From: a virus | Lineage: Duplodnaviria; Caudoviricetes | Reading direction: 5' to 3' (one strand) | Virus record (IMG/VR): IMGVR_UViG_2974528200_000001 | Span: 27,511 to 91,510 of that record | DNA length: 64,000 nucleotides | Made by a program: the position numbers and the translations under genes | Notes under the pieces: generated by a model | Databases searched by the model: none | Seen by the model: only the letters and a program-made list of their open reading frames with translations | Told to the model about the DNA's origin: nothing | Part shown: piece after piece, positions 9,608 to 18,146 of the stretch | How the letters are laid out: each line of letters opens with the position of its first letter | Position numbering within the stretch: the first letter of the stretch is position 1

Positions 9608-11118
9608 TGGCTATCAAGGTCCTACACAACGGCGACTATGTCGATCCGTCCCAGGTTCGTATCTGGGACGGGTCGGCTTTCGTTGCACCGCAGGCAATCT
9701 ACGAGTGGGTGGCTGACGAGTTCATTAAGCGTTGGCCTGCTTCGATCACGTATCGGATGAACAAGGTTGGCGAGTCGCACGCATTCGCTTCCCAGGTTCC
9801 AGTGATCGGCTGGGAGAGTGATCCCACCGAACCGGGCATGATTCTGAGCGGCTTGCTGACAGGTAGTGGTGTTACGACGGTGGAGGTTTCGTTCAGCGTC
9901 CGTTCTGGTTCTGGCTACTACGGCTCTGTGTTGGTGAAGTTGGATGGGGTCACAATCATCACAATTGATGCCTACAACTTGTCCAGCTATCAGGTTAAGA
10001 CGGCTTCGTGGACTGGCATTGCGACTGAGGGCCAGCAGGTGACGGTTGAGACTTCTACGTCGCATGGTGTGGGCGTGAATGCTCCGAGTTTCGTGAAGGT
10101 GACTTCGGCTGTCCCGCACAAGGTTGTGTTGGCGGATGGCTTTGACCGTGCGGACACCAATCAGACTACTGGGCTGAGCAATGCTTGGTGGCATTTCAAT
10201 AGCTACGCTGGTATTGAGTATCCGCGCATCGAGTCGCGCCGCCTGCGGGGGTCTGGCGGCGTATCTGCCGCGAACACCGGCAACGGGGCGGTAATGAAAT
10301 CGCCTATGCCTGAGGGGAACTACTTCGTTCAGGCGTTGGCGCAGACGCTCCCCGTTCTAACGTCTAGCACCGAGCCTTGCGGCCTGATTATTCGCGCAAA
10401 TGAGTCCAGTAACCATTACAACAATTCCGCTGGCCCTGAGGCAATCTTCTGCGTCCTGTCTCAAACCCGTTGGCGGATTTATCGGCAGGCGACTGGGACC
10501 AATGGTGGTCCATCGGAAGTGCTGGCTACCGGCAACGGGAGCTTCACGTCCGGGGGCGTGATGCGCGCTGAGGTTGTTGGCGACCAACTGACGTTTTCAT
10601 ATGGTGGCAATGTTCTCGGGTACGTGAGTATCGCCGGGAGGGGTTCGGGTCGCCAGGTCGGCATTTGCACTACCGGCGACACTCCCCGTCTTGATGATTT
10701 CGTGGCGGGCCAGTTGGGCACGCCTACGCTTTCACGTCAGCGTGCGAGCCAGACTGGCAGTATTGCCGATCCGGCTGGCAACAAGGTCAAGGTGTCCCCG
10801 CTGGTGTCTGATGCCACGTATCCCGCCAGTGTCACTGATGGGGTTATCCGTGTCTCGGGATCGGGTCGGGCGCACATCCAGTTGTCTGTTGGCGGCTCGG
10901 GCAACGTCTTCGGTGGCACCCGTGTGACTATCGAAAAGAACGGTGTCGCAATCGGTTACCTAGTCAACAGCAGCCATAGTACCGCCACTTCTGTTTGGAT
11001 CTCGAACGTTGAGCTGAGCGCCGGTGACGAGTTGATCCTGTGGGCCACTCGAAACGCTATCGGCTCAATCTCTGGTCCGGTCAATAACGCGGTGGTTGAT
11101 CTGATTCCAGCGCCGTAG
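9607..11118 (+). CDS. Minor tail / receptor-binding protein
   Basis: DGFDRAD...G and lectin-like beta-rich segments; last gene of the tail block. Confidence 0.65.
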   Translation: MAIKVLHNGDYVDPSQVRIWDGSAFVAPQAIYEWVADEFIKRWPASITYRMNKVGESHAFASQVPVIGWESDPTEPGMILSGLLTGSGVTTVEVSFSVRSGSGYYGSVLVKLDGVTIITIDAYNLSSYQVKTASWTGIATEGQQVTVETSTSHGVGVNAPSFVKVTSAVPHKVVLADGFDRADTNQTTGLSNAWWHFNSYAGIEYPRIESRRLRGSGGVSAANTGNGAVMKSPMPEGNYFVQALAQTLPVLTSSTEPCGLIIRANESSNHYNNSAGPEAIFCVLSQTRWRIYRQATGTNGGPSEVLATGNGSFTSGGVMRAEVVGDQLTFSYGGNVLGYVSIAGRGSGRQVGICTTGDTPRLDDFVAGQLGTPTLSRQRASQTGSIADPAGNKVKVSPLVSDATYPASVTDGVIRVSGSGRAHIQLSVGGSGNVFGGTRVTIEKNGVAIGYLVNSSHSTATSVWISNVELSAGDELILWATRNAIGSISGPVNNAVVDLIPAP

Positions 11119-11152
11119 GTAGGTAGGTACGGGGGTCAAGTCCAACGCCCGT

Positions 11153-11500
11153 CTAGCTCCCGTTGGCTTCCTCGAATGCTTCAACGATGCCTTCGGGGAT
11201 CTTGCCACGGTCGGAGACGTCATACCCTTCGGCGCGGGCCCATTCGCGGATCTGCTTGAGTTGTTCGCGCCGGCCCAGTGAGGAGGCGGTGATGCGGGTG
11301 GACTGTTTGCGCCCGCCAACTCGGTTTGCGTGTTCAATCCACTTCTCGAGTGCTTTCTCGAACTTCATGACGTTGGATGTGCGCAGGTCGATGACGTAGT
11401 CGACGCCGCGAAAGCTGAAGGGGACCGCGTTGGCGTCCCCGTCGTCGATGGGTCGCCCGTCGAGGTCGTCGAGTACGGATACGTGTGTTACGCGTGCCAT
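11153..11500 (-). CDS. lsr2: Lsr2-like DNA-bridging protein
   Basis: DDLDG...V.F...G..Y.IDL N-terminal domain and IREWARAEGYDVSDRGKIP AT-hook domain. Confidence 0.92.
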   Translation of the reverse strand: MARVTHVSVLDDLDGRPIDDGDANAVPFSFRGVDYVIDLRTSNVMKFEKALEKWIEHANRVGGRKQSTRITASSLGRREQLKQIREWARAEGYDVSDRGKIPEGIVEAFEEANGS

Positions 11501-11515
11501 TCTATTTCTCCTTCG

Positions 11516-12016
11516 CTAGGTCTTGACTAGCACTCTCAAGTAGTCGTTCGTGTTCTCGATCGCCGTGGTGGCAACCCAGTTGCAGTTACCTTGTCCGACG
11601 ACGTGTTCGATTCTGTAGGGCCCAGTGTTCCACTCTTTGGTACCGCACTTGTCCCAGAATTCAACCCAGGCTCCCCAGGCTCGCAGTCCTGATGGATCCG
11701 CTATGGGGTTGGTGGGAAGTGACTCCAGCCGTTTGTCGAGTCGCTGGAATTTCTCGATCATCCATCGTGCTGTCATGTAGCAGTCTTGGATGCCGGCTTC
11801 GCAAACTCCCTCGTCGAGCTTGTTCTGAATCGCCTCGCATGTGGTTCCACAGTCGGCGATGTAGGTCGGCGTCTGTGTTTCTGACGTCTCGGTCGTGTCT
11901 AGCACATAGTCGGCGAGCCAATACAGGCCACCCCCGAGTGCTGCCACCAGAGCCAGTGACGCGAACACAATGACGGCCTTCGCGGGCGTTCTGACCTGTC
12001 TATCCATGCAGCGCAT
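11516..12016 (-). CDS. Membrane-anchored Cys-containing protein
   Basis: Single N-terminal TM segment, six Cys in the extracytoplasmic part. Confidence 0.65.
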   Translation of the reverse strand: MRCMDRQVRTPAKAVIVFASLALVAALGGGLYWLADYVLDTTETSETQTPTYIADCGTTCEAIQNKLDEGVCEAGIQDCYMTARWMIEKFQRLDKRLESLPTNPIADPSGLRAWGAWVEFWDKCGTKEWNTGPYRIEHVVGQGNCNWVATTAIENTNDYLRVLVKT

Positions 12017-12050
12017 GTTATCAGCATCACATATTGTTAGGCAACATAAC

Positions 12051-12096
12051 GACTGAACCCCACACTCTTCGTTGAGTGTGGGGTTCAGGTCTTTTC
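12051..12096. terminator. Strong hairpin, probably a bidirectional terminator
   Basis: CTGAACCCCACACTC-ttcgtt-GAGTGTGGGGTTCAG followed by gtCTTTTCT on +. Confidence 0.75.
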
Positions 12097-12176
12097 TGGT
12101 GGCGCGGGCGTCAAATCGAGGGCTCCAATCTGTCGTCCCCCCCGCTTTCGGGTTCGTTGTTCAGTTGTGTTTCTCG

Positions 12177-12206
12177 TCACCGGGATGGTGGGTCTCTCGC
12201 TTGCAT
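12177..12206 (-). CDS. Minigene MQARDPPSR*
   Basis: GAAAGGAGG-acag-ATG CAA GCG AGA GAC CCA CCA TCC CGG TGA on the minus strand. Confidence 0.5.
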   Translation of the reverse strand: MQARDPPSR

Positions 12207-12245
12207 CTGTCCTCCTTTCGACCTTTGTTTCGTTCGTTTCTCATA

Positions 12246-12272
12246 TCATGCTGGTGGCTCTCTGGCCTTCAT
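12246..12272 (-). CDS. Minigene MKAREPPA*
   Basis: GGAAGGGGTG-ggaa-ATG AAG GCC AGA GAG CCA CCA GCA TGA on the minus strand. Confidence 0.45.
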   Translation of the reverse strand: MKAREPPA

Positions 12273-12315
12273 TTCCCACCCCTTCCGACCTGCTTCTTTC
12301 TAACTGATGCTCTCG

Positions 12316-12344
12316 ACTATAGACAGTAGCTGTGACTACGTCAA
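12316..12344 (-). promoter_or_regulatory. SigA-type leftward promoter
   Basis: Minus strand TTGACG-N17-TATAGT. Confidence 0.75.
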
Positions 12345-12470
12345 CACCTAGATGCATGTGGGCTAGCCCACTCGCTGTCCGAACCGTCTGGTACGGTGCT
12401 ATCTAGCCGTAGTGCTAGAAACTAGACAGGAGATTGAATCCGTTGAATACCAAGCCATCTGGGATGCCCC

Positions 12471-13643
12471 ATGGCGGGTAAGCCCACCGAAGACAAGCCG
12501 TGGCCGGTAGCGGTTTACAACCGTGAAGTCGGTGGATATATCGGTCGCTTGGGGGACATCTGGGTGGAAGGACAGCTCACCCGAGTTCACCGTCCGAGTG
12601 GTTCTGTCACCTTCATTGAGATGCGCGATACGGAAAAGAATCAATCCATTTCCGTTACCGCTTCTCCTGGCGTTGTGCCGGCTGACATCGCTTCTGGTGA
12701 TCATGTGAAGGTATTGGGTCACCCGCAGTACTGGACGTCGCGAGGGACGCTATCGCTGCGAATCAGCCGCATTCTTCCCGTCGGCGAGGGCGCACTACAG
12801 GCCGAGATGGTCGAGACCGAGAAGCGGCTCGAATCCGAGGGCCTGTTCCATCCGCGACATAAGCAGCGGCTCCCCGCGGTCCCGAAGCTGATTGGCCTGA
12901 TCACCGCCGAAAACAGCGACGCCGAGAAGGATGTCCTGAATGTTGCGCGGGACCGCTGGCCGAACGTCGAGTTCAAGACCCTTCACATCCCCGTCCAGGG
13001 CGTTCGGTGCGCAGGCAGAGCTGTCGCTGCACTGAAGTCCCTTGACGCAGACCCCACGGTTGACGTCATCATCTTCGCCCGTGGTGGTGGGTCTAACCAG
13101 GACCTTCTGCCCTGGTCGGACGAGGCTCTCGCGCGCGCCGTGTTCGCCGCCAACACGCCCACAGTCAGCGCGATCGGGCACGAGAACGACAAACCGATGC
13201 TGGACCGTGTCGTGGACCTGCGAGCCGCGACGCCGACGGACGCAGCGAAACGTGTCGTACCCAACCTGTCTAATGAGCTCCGGCAGATCGAACAGGTGTT
13301 CGAACAGATTGGAGGATCGATCCGTGGACAGGTGCAGAACAACCAACTGCGTGTCGACTCCATGCTCAACCAGGTCGCAGGGTCGATCGCCGGGTCCGTC
13401 AACCGCGAGCAGATCCACCTGCAGAACGCCGTCCAGTCCCTGTTCGTGCAGTCCGAGGCCTTCATCGGTAGCCGTGAGCGGCGAGTCGACACGCTAGGGG
13501 AGACCCTCAAGGCCCTGGACCACCAGAAGGTTCTCGACCGCGGTTACGCCGTGGTTCAGGGCGTAACCGGACCGACGCCGGCATCCGGCACCCGGTTCAC
13601 CGTCACCACGAAGGACGGCACGTTCGATGCCGTCGTCGCATAA
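12471..13643 (+). CDS. xseA: Exodeoxyribonuclease VII large subunit
   Basis: OB-fold WVEGQ, IGLITA, VQG, ARGGGS..DL..WSDE, SAIGHE.D, RAATPTDAA, LDRGYAVV. Confidence 0.95.
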   Translation: MAGKPTEDKPWPVAVYNREVGGYIGRLGDIWVEGQLTRVHRPSGSVTFIEMRDTEKNQSISVTASPGVVPADIASGDHVKVLGHPQYWTSRGTLSLRISRILPVGEGALQAEMVETEKRLESEGLFHPRHKQRLPAVPKLIGLITAENSDAEKDVLNVARDRWPNVEFKTLHIPVQGVRCAGRAVAALKSLDADPTVDVIIFARGGGSNQDLLPWSDEALARAVFAANTPTVSAIGHENDKPMLDRVVDLRAATPTDAAKRVVPNLSNELRQIEQVFEQIGGSIRGQVQNNQLRVDSMLNQVAGSIAGSVNREQIHLQNAVQSLFVQSEAFIGSRERRVDTLGETLKALDHQKVLDRGYAVVQGVTGPTPASGTRFTVTTKDGTFDAVVA

Positions 13644-13655
13644 CAGAGGAGAGTC

Positions 13656-13841
13656 ATGACCTACGAAGAAGCCCAGGCCGAGCTCGAGCAGCTCACCCGC
13701 AAGATCGCCAGCGGTTCGATGACCATCACCGAACTCCTGCCAGCCTGGCAGCGCGCGCTCGAGCTCAAGGGGGTCTGCGAGGAGCATCTGCGCGTCGCCC
13801 GTGAGTCGCTGGCCGACGTCATCGAGAAGGCTAACTCGTGA
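13656..13841 (+). CDS. xseB: Exodeoxyribonuclease VII small subunit
   Basis: TYEEAQAELEQL...G.....LL..WQRA.EL...C...L; follows xseA. Confidence 0.88.
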   Translation: MTYEEAQAELEQLTRKIASGSMTITELLPAWQRALELKGVCEEHLRVARESLADVIEKANS

Positions 13842-13993
13842 CCCTGCCGACATCGAAAGTCGCTGTCCTGCAGAAGTTTCCGGGCCAGCCCTACAGATAC
13901 TTCGGCCCGTTCGACAACGACGCCGCAGCACAGAAGTACATCGAAGAGAACGACATGAAGATGTCATACGCGATCGAATTGAGGGACCCATGA
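13838..13993 (+). CDS. Hypothetical protein (51 aa)
   Basis: GTGA and ATGA overlaps with both neighbours. Confidence 0.5.
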   Translation: MTLPTSKVAVLQKFPGQPYRYFGPFDNDAAAQKYIEENDMKMSYAIELRDP

Positions 13994-14238
13994 TCGAGGA
14001 TCTCAAGACCGCGAAGATGCGGTACACGCCGGTCGAGGTGCCGGCCGAGGTTGAGTACGCCATCTGCGAGATCTTCGTTCGCGACGGCGACCTCGGCGAC
14101 GGCGAAGGCCCCTACACCACCCTCGCCTACGACGTGGCTGGCCAGTTCTTCCTGTCCACCATCGAGGGGCGCACCGCCAAGGTGTGGAAGCCTGGCGAAG
14201 TCGAAGTCATCACCCGTTTCAGATCCATTGTGACATAA
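13990..14238 (+). CDS. Hypothetical protein
   Basis: ATGA overlap, phage-typical codon usage. Confidence 0.6.
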   Translation: MIEDLKTAKMRYTPVEVPAEVEYAICEIFVRDGDLGDGEGPYTTLAYDVAGQFFLSTIEGRTAKVWKPGEVEVITRFRSIVT

Positions 14239-14246
14239 GGAGAATC

Positions 14247-14948
14247 ATGAGCAATCTGTCCATTGACACCTACTACACGCAGCTCTGCTACGGGCTCGAG
14301 TCCTTCGTCCGCAGCAAGGTCGAACAGGAAGTCAACGACCTCACCTACGAGGATGTCCCCTCGATCATGGGGTCGGTGGGTAGCCGACGTCGCGACGACA
14401 TCGACACCGCCAAGGTCCGCGAGTTCCGCTGGCTGCGCGACCTGCTGACCGAGCGAATCGGCCCGCTCGCACCCCAGACGAGGTACACCATCCTCCGCGA
14501 GGCGGTGCGGGCGATCAAGGGGTGGGCAACCGACCCGGAGAACCCACTGAACAACCGACCAGAGCAACTGTTCTACCGCAAGCTGATCAATGTCCACGAC
14601 AACGTCCCGGTTATGTGCGAGGAGATCAACGCCACCTTCATGTGGGTGAGCGACCGCCTCTTCTACTACGACCCGGAGCGCAAAGACTTCGGCGACGAGA
14701 TCGCTGACCACTTCTCATACGACGAGATCACACACAAGGATCTGTGGGTATCGTGCGACGCGATCGAGGAATGGGCGGTGCTCAACCCGAGCTGGTGGCA
14801 ATATCGGCACACCGACGTCGAGGGCTACGACTGCTGCGCGGACCCCGAATGCGGACTCCGTGACAATCCCACCGCCTACTACCAGCCCAAGCTGGACAAG
14901 GAGACCCGCCAGCGTCGCAAGGCCTACCTGGCCAAGCACTTCAGCTGA
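14247..14948 (+). CDS. Hypothetical protein
   Basis: AAGGAG SD, ATG at 14247. Confidence 0.65.
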   Translation: MSNLSIDTYYTQLCYGLESFVRSKVEQEVNDLTYEDVPSIMGSVGSRRRDDIDTAKVREFRWLRDLLTERIGPLAPQTRYTILREAVRAIKGWATDPENPLNNRPEQLFYRKLINVHDNVPVMCEEINATFMWVSDRLFYYDPERKDFGDEIADHFSYDEITHKDLWVSCDAIEEWAVLNPSWWQYRHTDVEGYDCCADPECGLRDNPTAYYQPKLDKETRQRRKAYLAKHFS

Positions 14949-15044
14949 ACATCGACACTCGAGAGGGTGCCAACACCATTGTCTTTGACGGTGGTTGTTG
15001 GTACCCTCTCTAATATTGGGTTAGACAGTAGAAAGGAGTTGGAC

Positions 15045-15257
15045 ATGGCATACATTTTCGACAAGAGCGAGTTGGCAGCACTCGCGGAGGTGATTCCGAA
15101 GATCGACGACGCCACCGGGTCGAGCCTCGGTAACAGCCAGCTGTACATCGACATGGAGCCGATCGCAGTCAAGAGCGGAAACAACAACACCATCGGGCAC
15201 ATCCTGTGGGACGACGGGTTCGTCGGCTTCCGACCAGCGGACGGGGAGATCGAGTGA
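15045..15257 (+). CDS. Hypothetical protein
   Basis: GAAAGGAG SD before ATG 15045. Confidence 0.6.
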   Translation: MAYIFDKSELAALAEVIPKIDDATGSSLGNSQLYIDMEPIAVKSGNNNTIGHILWDDGFVGFRPADGEIE

Positions 15258-16015
15258 CCGTCTACTTCACCGCCGACTTACACATCGGCCACGAGAAGGT
15301 GGCAGAGACTCGAGTCCCGAAGCTCACCAAGACCCTCGGTCGTGTTTCGTCAACCTCCATACATGATGCTCTCATCAGGTCCAACCTGCGCAACACCCTC
15401 ACCAAGCGGGATCAGCTATGGATCCTCGGCGACATCTCTGCCGGCGGGTCTGCGGCACAACGCAACGCCCTGGCCTTCCTGAAGGACATCAGGAACGAGA
15501 CGGGGGTTGAGCTCCACCTGGTCCCCGGCAACCACGATGGATGTCACCCGCAGTTCCGCACCGCCAAGAAGTGGTGGCCCGAATACCTCGAGGTATTCGA
15601 CACCATCATGCCCTTCGCCTCACGCAAAATCGCTGGTCAGAAGGTGTGCCTTTCGCATTACCCCTTCGATGGGGACCACACCGACAAGGACCGGCACACC
15701 CAGTGGCGACTCCGTGATGAGGGCCGATGGCTGCTCCATGGCCACACACACCAAGACGCTCCACTCGACCTCGTTGAGTACGGGGTGCGAGACGGCGTGC
15801 CGTGGGGCAGGGACCGGTACATCACGGTCGAAGAGGCGCGGGATCGCGACCTCCGCACCTGGTGGACGGAGATGGAGCCCGACAAGGATGACCCCCTCGG
15901 GATTGTTCGGCCCACCATCAACGTCGGCCTGGACGCCTGGGACATGAAACCCGTCTCACTCGAAACCATCGCCAACATCATCGAATCGCTCGAGAATCCC
16001 GAGGGGGGGCTGTGA
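15254..16015 (+). CDS. Calcineurin-like metallophosphoesterase
   Basis: DLH, GD, GNHD, SHYP, HGHTH and NVGLD motifs. Confidence 0.92.
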   Translation: MTVYFTADLHIGHEKVAETRVPKLTKTLGRVSSTSIHDALIRSNLRNTLTKRDQLWILGDISAGGSAAQRNALAFLKDIRNETGVELHLVPGNHDGCHPQFRTAKKWWPEYLEVFDTIMPFASRKIAGQKVCLSHYPFDGDHTDKDRHTQWRLRDEGRWLLHGHTHQDAPLDLVEYGVRDGVPWGRDRYITVEEARDRDLRTWWTEMEPDKDDPLGIVRPTINVGLDAWDMKPVSLETIANIIESLENPEGGL

Positions 16016-16473
16016 CCGTCATCCAAGAAGAAGTCATCCCCGGCACCTATGTCAGTGATCGGTTGAGCGACACCGCGATCCACGGTCGCTGCCAGTCGCG
16101 GTACAAGGTCAAGCGGGACGACATCAAGCAGTGCGAACTCATCCATGGTCACACCGGACGTCACGCCTACCTGCTACCTTCCCGCTACCCGTTCGTTTGC
16201 TGGTGGGACGACGAGGCCCTGCTCCTGGGTCCACTCGAGCAGGAAGCGTTCAACCGGCTGGTCAGGGCGCGCGACTATGTGCAGGATGCTATGGACCGAG
16301 CCGAGTTCGAGCTCCGAGCACTGCGCATCAAAGCCCAGGACGCCAAGAATGACCGCCTCCTCGCGCTGCTCGAGGAGTGCGATGTCGATGACTTCATGAT
16401 CGACGACGTCTGCAAGTTCCCGTTCGACGACTCCGAGTCCGACTTCGCCTACCAACTCACTGAGTGCTACTAG
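16012..16473 (+). CDS. Hypothetical protein
   Basis: GTGA overlap; C...C..GH.G.H motif. Confidence 0.6.
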   Translation: MTVIQEEVIPGTYVSDRLSDTAIHGRCQSRYKVKRDDIKQCELIHGHTGRHAYLLPSRYPFVCWWDDEALLLGPLEQEAFNRLVRARDYVQDAMDRAEFELRALRIKAQDAKNDRLLALLEECDVDDFMIDDVCKFPFDDSESDFAYQLTECY

Positions 16474-16489
16474 AGAAAGAAGGTCAGTA

Positions 16490-17707
16490 ATGCCCAACAT
16501 GATCGCCGACAAGGTTCTCAACTACGCGTCGCATATCGACGACAACACCATCGAACAGGCCGGCGAGATCTCGACGCTGCCGTTCATCCACCCGCACGTC
16601 GCGCTGATGCCGGATGCTCACAGCGGCAGGGGTTCCGCGGTCGGCACCGTGATCCCGACCGTCGATGCGGTGATCCCCGCGGCGGTCGGCGTCGACATCG
16701 GCTGCGGCATGATCGGCGTGCAGACGGTGGTGCAGAAGAGGGACATCCACGACCTGAACCTGGCCGACCTTCGTGCGCGTGTCGAGGAGGCTATCCCGCT
16801 GTCTCCGGGCAACTACAACAAGAATGCCCGGTGGGCCAGCCACACCGAGGAGCGCATCGCGCGGCTCGAGGAGATGGCCGAGCAGAAGGGCGTCGACCTC
16901 AAGCACTCGCCGAAGTGGCGTGAACAGCTAGGCTCACTCGGCGGTGGCAACCACTTCATCGAACTGTGTGAGCAGATCGAGGGTGACGGCACCGGATCGC
17001 TGTGGCTGTTCCTGCACTCCGGTAGCCGCGGCGTCGGAAACAAGATCGCGCAGAAGCACATCAAGATCGCACAGAAGCTGTGCAAGCGCTGGCACATCGA
17101 GCTCGCCAACCCCGACCTGGCCTACCTGGCTTCCGGGACCGACGAGTTCGGTGCCTACATCCGCGAGCTCCGGTGGGCCCAGGCGTTCGCGCTCGAGAAC
17201 CGCGCCGAGATGATGGACCGGTTCCTCAGCGTGTTCACCGACTGGCTCGCCACTGACCGCGACGCCGCCCTCGAGTACGACGGCGTCGAGATCGAAGAGC
17301 GCCGCATCAACTGCCACCACAACTACACCGAACGTGTCGAGATCAACGGCCAGAGCGTGTGGCTCACCCGCAAGGGTGCGATCGACGCCTCGGCGGGCCG
17401 CTATGGACTCATCCCCGGTTCCATGGGCACCAAGTCCTACGTGGTCTGTGGCAAGGGCAATGAGTCCGGTCTGAAGTCGGCACCCCACGGTGCTGGCCGG
17501 CGGTTCTCGCGCACGAAGGCCAAGCAGTTGTTCACCCTCGATGACCTCGCCGACCGGATGCAGGGCATCGAGTACCGACATGGTGCCGAGTGGATCGATG
17601 AGATCCCCGACGCCTACAAGCCGATAGACCAGGTCATGGCTGACGCCGCGGACCTGGTGGACGTCGAAGCAGTTCTCACCCAGCTCATGAATGTGAAAGG
17701 TATTTGA
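16490..17707 (+). CDS. rtcB: RtcB RNA ligase
   Basis: MPDAH.G.G, VGVDIGCG, GSLGGGNHFIE, HSGSRG, HHNY, RKGA, PGSMG, HGAGR, DEIP.AYK. Confidence 0.96.
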   Translation: MPNMIADKVLNYASHIDDNTIEQAGEISTLPFIHPHVALMPDAHSGRGSAVGTVIPTVDAVIPAAVGVDIGCGMIGVQTVVQKRDIHDLNLADLRARVEEAIPLSPGNYNKNARWASHTEERIARLEEMAEQKGVDLKHSPKWREQLGSLGGGNHFIELCEQIEGDGTGSLWLFLHSGSRGVGNKIAQKHIKIAQKLCKRWHIELANPDLAYLASGTDEFGAYIRELRWAQAFALENRAEMMDRFLSVFTDWLATDRDAALEYDGVEIEERRINCHHNYTERVEINGQSVWLTRKGAIDASAGRYGLIPGSMGTKSYVVCGKGNESGLKSAPHGAGRRFSRTKAKQLFTLDDLADRMQGIEYRHGAEWIDEIPDAYKPIDQVMADAADLVDVEAVLTQLMNVKGI

Positions 17708-17925
17708 TCATGACCGACCCAGTCCAGGATGCAGTCAGCCGCGCTATCGCGACCACGATCGACGAGGCCAACACCGACAGCCTGTTGGTGCTCGTCGCGC
17801 GCGAGGCACTCAAGCCGATCCAGGAGGCCGTCGCCGAGGACATCACCGAGGCCTACGAGGGCGAGGACGACACGTTTGTCGCCGGCTACAACGCCGCCCT
17901 CCGTTTGATCCGGGAGTATGTCTAA
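17704..17925 (+). CDS. Hypothetical protein
   Basis: Coupled to the rtcB stop. Confidence 0.55.
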   Translation: MIMTDPVQDAVSRAIATTIDEANTDSLLVLVAREALKPIQEAVAEDITEAYEGEDDTFVAGYNAALRLIREYV

Positions 17926-18146
17926 TGACCAGAGCAACACGAGAGACTCAGACCATCACCCGGCACCGATTCATCTGTCCATGTGACTACAGCACAGGTG
18001 GAGACATCGGGACATTCATGGACGCCATGAACTGGGCATACGCCAAGGCGGACGAGCTGGGGATCAAGACCACCACCGACGACTGGTGCCGCCTGTTCCC
18101 GGAGGACGACCAGATCGCGATCGTGATCGAGGAGGTGCGGAAGTGA
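17925..18146 (+). CDS. Hypothetical protein
   Basis: TAATG coupling. Confidence 0.55.
   Translation: MTRATRETQTITRHRFICPCDYSTGGDIGTFMDAMNWAYAKADELGIKTTTDDWCRLFPEDDQIAIVIEEVRK

Noticed and set aside
7487-11118. Diversity-generating retroelement or invertible tail-fibre switch
   Set aside because: No reverse transcriptase, TR/VR pair or invertase seen
12072-12329. Plus-strand 85-aa and 75-aa ORFs
   Set aside because: No SD, low-complexity translation, antisense to a clear promoter/SD/minigene layout
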